Of a stretch of 64,000 nucleotides of DNA, positions 21,655 through 32,200 are shown one piece after another. The notes under the pieces were generated by a model, which saw only the letters and a program-made list of their open reading frames with translations, ran no database searches and was not told the DNA's origin. The position numbers and the translations under genes are program-made. Position 1 is the first letter of the stretch. Each line of letters opens with the position of its first letter. The stretch covers positions 39,629 to 103,628 of IMG/VR virus record IMGVR_UViG_3300008267_000040. One strand, 5' to 3'. This stretch comes from a virus.

Positions 21655-21885
21655 TTACTTATTATAAACACCACGGGGGAATAATTGTCCTTTTGCTGGT
21701 CTTCTTCCTGTAAGATAACCAGGGGTAGATATGTCCTCATCTCTCAATGGAAGATTACCAATAGAAATTGTTCCATTTGTCTCTGGAATTACAAATGGAG
21801 TTGTTGCCGAATCAAATGTATATTCAACATTTGCATCTGTTCCAGAAACTTGAGGATCTAGTGAAATGAAAGTGAATTCAGGCAT
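21655..21885 (-). CDS. Small conserved hypothetical protein
   Basis: 76 aa ending GYLTGRRPAKGQLFPRGVYNK; start overlaps the stop of the upstream gene. Confidence 0.65.
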   Translation of the reverse strand: MPEFTFISLDPQVSGTDANVEYTFDSATTPFVIPETNGTISIGNLPLRDEDISTPGYLTGRRPAKGQLFPRGVYNK

Positions 21886-23768
21886 CAGACTACCCTCGCA
21901 CAGAATAAAATACCAGTTGTCCTTACTGTCTGAATATAAGAACCATTAATTACCTTATAAACTTCAGATGGACTTACTGTAACAGTATCATTTTGTTGAA
22001 TATTTACACCTGGTAAGTTGTAAGAAAATTCAATTAAAACAAAATCATCAGGGATATAATATGGAACTGGAACTAATTGTCCATTTATTGGTATTCCTTT
22101 AATTACAGCATTAAAATCTGCATTAGATGCTATTTGTCTGTTGCCATTATACCCACCAGCACCTCTTTCTGGTGATTGAGATGCACTTCTATAATAGATT
22201 CTTTTACTTGAATTATTCGTAGAATAATAATATTCATTAGGATTATATGCAGCAGTAGAAACATACACATCCTCAGTATAAATGTTTGCATAATTAGAAG
22301 ATGAATTTAGTGTGCTATATCCAAATTCTGCTGCTCTCTTTGACTGCCCACTGGCATAGTCTGTGTCTATATTTCCTGCAGTCCAAGTTCTAAAGGTTAT
22401 ACTTGGTCTAAAATTTCCTGACCCAGATGGACCTGGAAGAACTTGAGTAAAACCACTTATGAATAACTCATCCAAGTCCCATAAGTTTGGATTTTCAAAA
22501 TTATGTAAAATAAAAGTCCCGTAAGTATTATCTGAAATTTTTTGACTAGAAAGAGTTGGTGCTTTATAAGATAATACTGAGAATGATGGGTCAAGACCTG
22601 AACGATAAATGTTTAAATCTAATTTATACCCAGTATTTGAACCAGTAATTATTTTATTTCCACTATTTCCATTTTGAGATGAATATCTTCTCAAGTTATT
22701 AAGATTTTCAAAAGTACTATAGAAATCTGTTGGTCTTGTTTGGTTATCAAGTTTTTCTGATCCAACCCATCTTCTAGAATATGACATTCCACCAAAAGTC
22801 AAAGATCCAGCAGCATATGGATGGAATCCACTTCCTGCACCTAAAATTAAATTATAATCATCATAAATTAAAAACATCCTATATGTTGTTCCATATTTTT
22901 TATTTGGATTTATTGGTTGTTTTAATATAGCACCACTATTGTATCCACTTGATGAAAGTTGCTTATAGTAAAATGAACTTGTTGTTCCATATCCAATTGG
23001 ATTTACATCTCCAGTATTTGCTGGGAGAACAACAATGGTGCCTCCATTTATACCAGAACTAGTATTATCTTCAATATAATACGTTCCTGCCTGACCAGGA
23101 AGAGGTGACCAAGTTAAACTAAAACCATTATTAATATTATATGGTGCATTAAACGCAAGAGAATGTATAGCATAAGCATAACCAGGAGTAGTTGTTTTTG
23201 CAATTCCTAGAGTATAACCATAACTATTAGTAAGTGTTAAAGTATCTCCTTCTCTAATGGTTATGGTTGTATTGGCACCACCAACCGTACCATTTCTATC
23301 TTGTCCATTTATAATAAAATTATTACTAGAAATATTGGAAAATGTACATGCATATGATACGTTTCCAGTTACAGTTGCTGCTATTGCTACTTTAACTTGG
23401 AAATTAACAGCTCCATTTGCTGCACCACCAATATCTGCTGCAGGTACTGTTACTATTTCTCCCCCAGTATATCCATATCCTGGTCTATTTACATTGATAT
23501 TGATAATTATTCCAGAACTTCTATAAACATCTAATGTGAGACCAGTTCCTATTCCAGATTCCGATGTTGTGGGAACATCAAAGTAATCATCATTGGTTGT
23601 ACCAACAGTTCCACCAATACCAGCAGTAAATGTTGTAACTCCAACAACAAGACCACTATCAGTCCCGCCATGAAGATCCAACCAATCAAAAGCACTTTCT
23701 AGTTGATCGATTAAACTACTGGATGCCCATCCAGGATTTACAGAAATTGTTGTAGTTGTAATTGCCAT
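21885..23768 (-). CDS. Virion structural / tail-associated protein
   Basis: 627 aa, G/T/N/S-rich. C-terminal IKGIPINGQLVPVPYYIPDDFVLIEF...GILFCARVV. Confidence 0.65.
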   Translation of the reverse strand: MAITTTTISVNPGWASSSLIDQLESAFDWLDLHGGTDSGLVVGVTTFTAGIGGTVGTTNDDYFDVPTTSESGIGTGLTLDVYRSSGIIININVNRPGYGYTGGEIVTVPAADIGGAANGAVNFQVKVAIAATVTGNVSYACTFSNISSNNFIINGQDRNGTVGGANTTITIREGDTLTLTNSYGYTLGIAKTTTPGYAYAIHSLAFNAPYNINNGFSLTWSPLPGQAGTYYIEDNTSSGINGGTIVVLPANTGDVNPIGYGTTSSFYYKQLSSSGYNSGAILKQPINPNKKYGTTYRMFLIYDDYNLILGAGSGFHPYAAGSLTFGGMSYSRRWVGSEKLDNQTRPTDFYSTFENLNNLRRYSSQNGNSGNKIITGSNTGYKLDLNIYRSGLDPSFSVLSYKAPTLSSQKISDNTYGTFILHNFENPNLWDLDELFISGFTQVLPGPSGSGNFRPSITFRTWTAGNIDTDYASGQSKRAAEFGYSTLNSSSNYANIYTEDVYVSTAAYNPNEYYYSTNNSSKRIYYRSASQSPERGAGGYNGNRQIASNADFNAVIKGIPINGQLVPVPYYIPDDFVLIEFSYNLPGVNIQQNDTVTVSPSEVYKVINGSYIQTVRTTGILFCARVV

Positions 23769-23774
23769 TTAAAC

Positions 23775-26213
23775 TTATGCCTCCAGTTGAAGAATGGTTA
23801 AATCTGCTGTAATGGATTGGGTAGTTCCCGATAAATTTTTAATTGATGCGTAAATTAGACCGACTTTCATCAAAGCATATGATTTGAATCCAGCAATATT
23901 TGTATTGCCAATACCGTTATTAGCAATTGATGTTGTTACACCAGTAACTACAACTCTTGATTGTAATGAACCACCAGATGAGGTTACAGTAACAACTCCA
24001 GCAGAAACTGGTGAGACATCTAATCCTGAACCAAAATTAATTGTTCCTGCAGTACCTACTATTGCATTATCATCTTTAATTTCAATACCAGTTCCAGATG
24101 CTATAACACCAAACAATGCACTTCCATCAAGAGCAGGAAGTGCTCCCACCAAAGATCCCGAATTAAGATTGGTTAGATTTGCTCCAGAACCAGAGAATGA
24201 TGCTGCTGTAATAAAACCAACAGTGTTAATATTAATTGTTGTTGAAACTGCACTAGATATTCCAGCAGTAGTTGCATATCCAGCAGTTCCTGATGCCGTA
24301 GATACTCCAGCAGTTATTGCATAATTAGAAGTTACAGATACTGTCGATATTCCAGCAGTTGCTGAATAAGTTGCAACACCAGCAACATTTGCATATGTTG
24401 CAAGTCCACTTCCAGATACTGTAGCAATACCAGAAGCAAATGAAACACTTAGATTAGAACCAAAGTTAATTGTTCCTGCAGTTCCAACTGGAGTTGCATC
24501 GTCTTCAATAATAACTCCACTACCACTACCAACAACTCCAATCAGTGCAGAACCGTCAATTGCAGGTAATGTTCCAGTTAGTTGTCCAGCATTCAGTGTT
24601 CCATAGAAACTTGTAGCAGATACGATACCAGCAACTGTGAGTGCTTCTGTAACTACTGTAGTCTTAATACCAACGTTTCCAGATGAATTGGCATAGAGTT
24701 TAATATTGCCTTCACCATCGGAAAGAACAACATTATTTGAAGATGTTCTGATATCTAAACTAGTATTATTTCCATCATAAGAACCTAAGATTACATTATA
24801 ATTTCCAGTTGTTATTTCTTTTCCTGCTCTATCACCAATAGCAACATTATATTGACCACTAGTTGTGTCATATAAAGTAAATTCCCCAATGGCAATATTA
24901 TGACCCAAACCAGAACTCAAAGTGAATAATGATTGGTCCCCAATTGAGATGTTTCTAGTTGAACCAGAACCCATACTCAAGTTACCAATCCTGATATTAT
25001 CAGTACCAGCAAATTGAATTCTTCCAGAACTTATTGTAGTTACACCAGAGATTGTTACACCATTATTGATTAATATATTTCCATTAAAATCCGCATTACC
25101 AAATAAAGATAATGTTGATGTTGGATTAGTAGTTCCCAATCCAAGTTTTGCAAAAGTATGTATTCCCGCACTATTTGTTACCCAAGAAGAATCTGAATTA
25201 ACATCAATTCTAACTGCACCAGATGAGGTTGAAATGCTAACATTAGAACCAGCAATAAGTGATGTTACAATATTTGTTAGATTACTTCCAGATCCACTAA
25301 AACTTGTTGCTGTAACAATACCACTTACTCTTAAATTATTTGCTGTTACAATTCCAGAAACTCCAAGGTCACCAGTTACATTGACTCCATTAGCAAGAGT
25401 TTGTAGTTTTCTACTACCATTATAGTATAAAAGGGCACCTTCACCAGCAACAGCAGCAAAAACGTTGTTGACTCCATCACCAATTCTAATTGATGAGGAT
25501 GTATCAATTCTCAAATCAACTGCATCATAATAAATTGAAGCATCAATTTGACCACCAGAACCCATTAAAAGTCTTCTTCCATCGTTCATCTGTATTCCAC
25601 CAGATGAACCAGTAATACTTAATATTCCATTATTTAAATGTAATGCTGATATTGGTGCATTTGTGTTTATACCAACTCTTGATGATGTTACAATACCACT
25701 AGCAACTGTTGTCCACTGAGTTGAAACAGCACTTTGAGCAGTTGAATTTATTGTTACTGTTCCCCCAGTTCTTGCTACAGAGACATTAGAACCAGCAAGA
25801 ATACTTGTAATAACTCCAGTTAGATTAACTCCAGATCCATTATAAGAATTTGCTGTTACAACACCAACTGTAATATCTGGGATTGATGAAAAATTTCCAG
25901 CAAAAAGAGCAACGGTTGCAATCCCAGCATTTGTTGCGTAAGAAGATAATGAAGAAAGACCAGAAATGACAGAATAAGATGAGATTCCTGCAGTTACTGC
26001 AAAAGTTGCAATCCCAGCAGTAGATGCATAACCAGATAATGTAGATATACCAGCAGTTCTTGCAAAACCAATAGAATTGGTTATTGTAGTTCCATTTCCA
26101 ATGGCATTATAAATTTCATTAAAATTACTATTAATTTTAATGGCACCCTGTAATATGGAATCTCCAGTACCATCATTTGGAGCGGAACCTGTATTTATTC
26201 CTAATTTCGCCAT
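23775..26213 (-). CDS. Tail fibre protein with gp9/gp10-like N-terminal baseplate anchor
   Basis: 812 aa. MAKLGINTGSAPNDGTGDS...KINSNFNEIY N-terminus, AGI(S/A)T repeats, LPAIDGSAL motifs. Confidence 0.75.
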   Translation of the reverse strand: MAKLGINTGSAPNDGTGDSILQGAIKINSNFNEIYNAIGNGTTITNSIGFARTAGISTLSGYASTAGIATFAVTAGISSYSVISGLSSLSSYATNAGIATVALFAGNFSSIPDITVGVVTANSYNGSGVNLTGVITSILAGSNVSVARTGGTVTINSTAQSAVSTQWTTVASGIVTSSRVGINTNAPISALHLNNGILSITGSSGGIQMNDGRRLLMGSGGQIDASIYYDAVDLRIDTSSSIRIGDGVNNVFAAVAGEGALLYYNGSRKLQTLANGVNVTGDLGVSGIVTANNLRVSGIVTATSFSGSGSNLTNIVTSLIAGSNVSISTSSGAVRIDVNSDSSWVTNSAGIHTFAKLGLGTTNPTSTLSLFGNADFNGNILINNGVTISGVTTISSGRIQFAGTDNIRIGNLSMGSGSTRNISIGDQSLFTLSSGLGHNIAIGEFTLYDTTSGQYNVAIGDRAGKEITTGNYNVILGSYDGNNTSLDIRTSSNNVVLSDGEGNIKLYANSSGNVGIKTTVVTEALTVAGIVSATSFYGTLNAGQLTGTLPAIDGSALIGVVGSGSGVIIEDDATPVGTAGTINFGSNLSVSFASGIATVSGSGLATYANVAGVATYSATAGISTVSVTSNYAITAGVSTASGTAGYATTAGISSAVSTTININTVGFITAASFSGSGANLTNLNSGSLVGALPALDGSALFGVIASGTGIEIKDDNAIVGTAGTINFGSGLDVSPVSAGVVTVTSSGGSLQSRVVVTGVTTSIANNGIGNTNIAGFKSYALMKVGLIYASIKNLSGTTQSITADLTILQLEA

Positions 26214-26244
26214 TATACACTAGATGTTTATTTTTATTTATCGT

Positions 26245-29200
26245 TTAATTGGAAGACATCTTTATGGTGCTTGAATCAAAACTAACAATAGGACTATCAA
26301 AATATGATGAAATACCAGGATAACTAAATCCAGCATCAAAAATTGTATTTACTCCAACGTTGGCAGTACCATCTGCCTTAACAACACTGTAGAAAAGTTT
26401 TTGTCCAGATTGGAAATTATTATTTCTTAACTTAAATTTATTGTTGGATAAATCAATTATAGAAGAATCATTTCCTTGGAATTCTCTATAGAATAGTGGT
26501 GTACCTCTATTTTTTAATTTAAAAGTTGTCAATCCAACTATTTGTCCACCAGTTGTAGTTGTAAAACCAGTAAATTGTCCACTAATATCATCAATAGGGA
26601 CAACTTTATTTGTTTTACTCAAAATATATGATTTTAAACTTACCCCTGTTGGGAAAAAGACTCTTTCTATAGACCCATCTGGAAGAAGTTCATCTTCAGT
26701 CACCATACTAAAATTATAACGATTATACATCGATTCAACACTATCAACATTGATTAAAACGTTTAGTGATGAATCACCAACTCCAACTTTCATATTGTTG
26801 GATGCTTTTCCTATAATGTCTAAATCGGAGAACTCCTTAAATCCTGCAGGGTGAACTAATGACCTAATAGGTTCTTTCCAATCTGTGTATGGAATTTGTG
26901 ATTTAATCGAATAAGAGAATTTTTGATAGTAATCATTGTCTGAAATTCTCTGTTGAAAATCATTCAGATAACCAATTTTATCTGTAAAATCATTAATTTT
27001 ATCTCTAGTTACATTAAGAGATGAAATTAAATTAAATTGATTTACATTTTCGACTATTCCATTTAGCAATGACCTAGTTCCAAGTAATCTATTCCCTACT
27101 TCTAATTCACCTTTTGAATCAATAAGTCTTAATTGATTTATGTCATTATCCCATCCACTTTCCATGACAACTGCAGAAAATACTGCAATACCATTAGAAT
27201 CATATCCAACAACGTTTTCTCCAGAATAGTAACCCAAATCATCAATCAATTTCATTTCAAATTTTGCCATAACATTTTCGTTTATGACATAACCATAATT
27301 ATTATCTGTAGTATATTCACCGAGATTATTTGATATCCCGTTCATACTATAGGTTATGGTAAAGTTTGTAGTGCTTATACCAGTAATAGTAAAGAATTTA
27401 TAACTATGATTTGCAGAATTATAGTTATTCTTTTGATTTCCATCTGTTATTCTGCAGTTTTCTACAAAAATCTTATCTCCGACTTTGAATGGGAATACTG
27501 TTTCTTGATTTCCATATTGATTTGCAATTAATGGGTATAATTGATTATCACTATTGACAAGTTCTAATGTAACTTCATTAGTTGATGGATTGTAAACAAT
27601 ATCATCAATATCATAACCATTAGAGTTTCTAGTTGGGATGACGGATAGAGGGGCACTCATATTGGTGACATTCTCTAAAATATCCACAGAAGTGACTGTA
27701 CCACCCTGTATATTTGCTTTTAATTTAATGTTGTCATTACCTACTACTTTAAGTACTGGAGCAGTGTTATATCCCTTTCCTCCAGTAGTAATGCCAATAT
27801 AATCGACTCTTGATATATTTTTTATTTGACATACTGTTGGAACACTCAATACGGGTTTTAAAGTTGGATCGGTAGGATAATCAAATCCATCTTTAATTCT
27901 TTCAATATAATCAATTTTTCCAATGGAATTAGAGAATGCCTTTAGAATTGCATCCTTTCCTGATACTGAAGTTATTGAAGAAATTCTAGGAACTTTTTTG
28001 TATCCTTTTCCTCCAAAATTTAATTTTATATTTGATATTGGACCACTTGTATTTTTAGAATCTGTATCATAGAATATAGTGGTTATGCCAGAATTTGCAT
28101 TGTATGAAAAGTATTCTGGTTTTTGATTTAAAATAAATTTAAATGAAGTGCTTCCAGTAGAAACTACAGAATAACTTTGATTATAGATACTTGGATTTAA
28201 TGATATTTTATTGTAACCAATTACTTCTTTATCAATTGAGATTTGATACTTTTCAAGAACACTAGGTGATAGTGGTATTAAATTATAAAATAGAGTATTT
28301 GTGATACTCTTATCTGTTGTATCTATTCTCAACTTAGCACCAGAAACTCCAGCATCAATTGCATTTCTAGTGTATTTGTATGATTCAACCTCAATTAAGA
28401 TATTGCCATCTTTGTATAATTTAAGATCCATTCCACTTAAAGAAGAATCGGATAAATCAAATTCAATAATATTACCTTTTGTTGATGCTAATGGTGGATT
28501 TACAAGAGCAATTGATTGTACTCCACTTCCTTGAGATGTTAATGATATGCTCACTCCAGATTTTGAACTATCATAGTAATTTGATAATTTGATATAATCT
28601 GGTTTTTGCTTAATTATGTAATATGTCTCATTAGTCTGCAATCCACCAATTGTTGTATTCCCATCATTATAATATACAATTTTATCTCCAGTAACATAAT
28701 TATTTCCTGGCAAATATATTTCAGAAGTTTCTGTGCTAATTGCTACAGAAGTATTGAAAGACTTAACTTCTGTTGTAATTTTCCTGATATTTGTATCATA
28801 TCTAAGTTTAAATGTGTCAACCAATCTTGGTAGAAGGTTAAACGTAATTTCATCAGAATTTCCTAGTCCATGAGTTTCTGTTGTTTCTACATTCAAACTG
28901 AAATTTTCTACCTTTCCAATGACTTTTTCATATGTTGTTGTCAACGAATGTGCAAGTCCAGTTACAGAAATATCGTCAAAGAAATATAATGAACTTAATG
29001 ATGATCCAATTCCAGTTGAAGTGGTATAACCAACAGTAGATAAACCAATATAATCTTGACCTCTATTTACAATGTAAATATTCTGATTATCTTGTAAAGT
29101 AAATGCATCTGCCTGAGTGATTGTATTTGAAACAATCATTCCAGTTCCAGCAAATCCAACATTATACTTTACTAATTGTCCAGTATAAAAATTGTGATTT

Positions 29201-32200
29201 TTGATATAAATTGATCTATCAGGAACATTTAGATTTGTTTGGTCTGATAAAGTATAATTTTCTCCTGTCGAACCAAATCCAACAAAAGTTTTTGGACTAA
29301 AATATACAACATCGTTTTTCTTTATTGGATATTTTTGGTCAGCAACAGAGAATGTAAACTTTCTTGGTAGTAATTTTACCGAATCAATGCCTACTGTATG
29401 GACACCAGCATTTTGTAATCTATTTACAGTCAGTTCTGATTTCTCTACTGAAATATTAGTTATCTTCAATATTTCAGATCCAATAGAAACAAAGTCATCA
29501 ACTTCAAATCCCGAAACATCATTGACTATAATGGAAGTAGTTTCTCCACTGACAACTAAGATTGGAATATTAGTAGACAAACCAACTGTTTTTTGAGAAA
29601 CAAAAATATCTTTTATTCCTTCAAAATATGAATAATTTGAATTTGAAATTGCAGATATTGTAATTTTATCTCCAGTTATTAGTTGATGTGGTTCTTGTGT
29701 AACACCAACAACATTATTTCCGTAAGTATAAAAACTCACATCTAAGGAAGTTTTTATACCAACAACTATGCTTTTTATTGGTTTTCCTTTGATTCTAGAT
29801 ACAGCAGCAGATGCTCCAGATCCACTAGTATTACGATTGTCAAATACTACGTTATCACCAACCTTATATCCACTTCCATCAGAGTATATCTGAACTCCAT
29901 CTATAGATGAGGAAAGTGTTTTTGTTACAGTAAATTCTTGTTTGTATTTTTTATCTGTATTGCTAATTAAATCATAGTTAGAATTTCCAGAATTGATATA
30001 ATATGGTCCAATGTTTCTGATTAGATTTAAACTTTCCAAATCAATATCTTGATTGAATATTGAAGCATAATTTTCAGGAATTACATAATCTCTGAAATAA
30101 TTTCCAATCATGTATGGAAATTCTGGTATTGAAATAGCACTATTATCAATGGTTGCAAAATATGCATAAATTCCATCTGGATAATCTGGAGTTTTGCAGA
30201 ATCTTCCATTATGTTCATCCAAATCACCAATTGCCCTGTCATAATAAAAATCTTGAGTAAAGAAACCATCAGGTAGGTTTGGTCTGATATTTTTATCTGG
30301 TTCTACTCTTTTTGTATAACTAGACCTTATTTTTCTGATTTCGGAACCAACTTGTCCGTATGGTCCATAAATTGGATTTCCATCATATGCCCATCCAATG
30401 ATTGGTGAATGGATATTGTTTGGTGTTTCCCTATTAGAACTATCGAGATGGTCTTTAATGGACTTTCTAAGAAGTCTTGGTGGATAGAAATTTACTACTT
30501 GCAATCCAAGGTCTTTGTTTTTACTTGGAACAATAAATGCCTGATCCTGTATTTCGAGTAACTTCTTATTTTTTTCTACCTGGTTTATTTTCCACTCAAA
30601 TACATCACCAATGAATTTGGCATCAGAACCTCTTCTTTTGATTGTAATTGATGTGGTATCTTTGTCATATCCAATACCACCATTTGCAATATTTACTGCA
30701 ACAAGTCTGCCATTTTCTATGACAGGTCTTATATCTGCAAAACTTCCTTTTCCATTCACAATAATATCAATTCCTTTATCATAACCAGAACCATAACTCA
30801 AGAATTGAATGTCAACTATAGTTCCATTCAAAACTATTGGTTTTAAAAGTGCTTCTGATATAATTGGTTTTACTCTAATATCTGGTCTTCTATGGAAGTT
30901 TACTATATTGGAAACTCCATATCCGACACCACTATCCTCTATGAAAATGCTATCAATTGAACCCAAAACAATAGGTTCAAATTGTGGTTCAATTATACTT
31001 GTTGCTCCTATTCCAGATAAAGTCTCAACAACAAGTCTAATTGGTGGATAAGAAAATGTATGAGTGCCAGTTCCTAAAGAATTGAACCTTATATATCTTT
31101 TATTTTCATAATTAACATCATAAAATTGTGTGCCAACACCAATAGTAGACAACTTAAATTTATTATTGTCAACTACTGTCACTACATATTCTGAAGATGT
31201 CGATAAACCACTTATAGATGTTCCTGTTGTTGAATATCTTAGAATATCTTTATCTTTAAGACCATGATTTTTAGCAAATACATAGTGATCAAATGTATTC
31301 ACACCATTTGCTTTTTCATCAAATGCCAATATTGATGGAATCTTAATGATTCTGTTTGAATAACCAGATCCAGAATTTTTTACACGAATTTCGGTAATAG
31401 TATTTTTTGATTTTAATGTTATGAAAGAGTGGAATCCAGAACTAATACCAACTAAATTTACCTCATTAGTTTTTCTATATGCATCTTCCAACCTTTCATA
31501 TAATCTAATCTGGGTAGGACTTATTACTCCAGCATAATAATTTGAATTTGTTTTTAATGGGAAAATTTCAGCATTAAAGTTGGCATTATATGAGATTTCC
31601 TCTCCATCATCAAAATTATGATTTTGGGAAAAGATAATAGTATTTGTTGTTGGATTTACTCCAGAACCATCACCCTTGAAACCTGCATTAATTTTGGATT
31701 TTACTAGATTTGGTTCTACTACTGCTCCAGAACCATTTCCACCAACTAAAGTGATTTTTGGTTTTATTTGGTAACCTACACCTGGAGTTACAATTTTTAC
31801 TTCAGAAAGACCACCAACAATATTAGCATATCCTTTAGCATTTCTTCCAGAAACATCAGTTATTTCTATTTCTGGGGGATTGATTATATCGTAACCTTTA
31901 CCTGGATTAGTTACTGTTATGCCGTCTAATTTACCATAGTAAATATTCTCATCAAATAGAGTTGGTGAATAAATTTCAACACCGTTGATTAAAATACCTA
32001 CTTGTCTGTTATTTGTTGTTCTATCTGCAACCTGCTTTAGTGTACTATCACCTTTTACATAATTAAATTTTTTGAATAATTTTTGATTTTCTACTACTTT
32101 ATTTTCGTAATCTAATTTTACAAAAGAATCAGATACTATATTTCTGTCAAATTTGATATAAACACTCGAATATAAATCACTTTTACTTAAGGATAGTTTA

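Noticed and set aside
1-26213. Diversity-generating retroelement acting on fibre genes
   Set aside because: No reverse transcriptase, and I saw no template/variable repeat pair differing only at adenines. The repeats are in-frame intragenic duplications.
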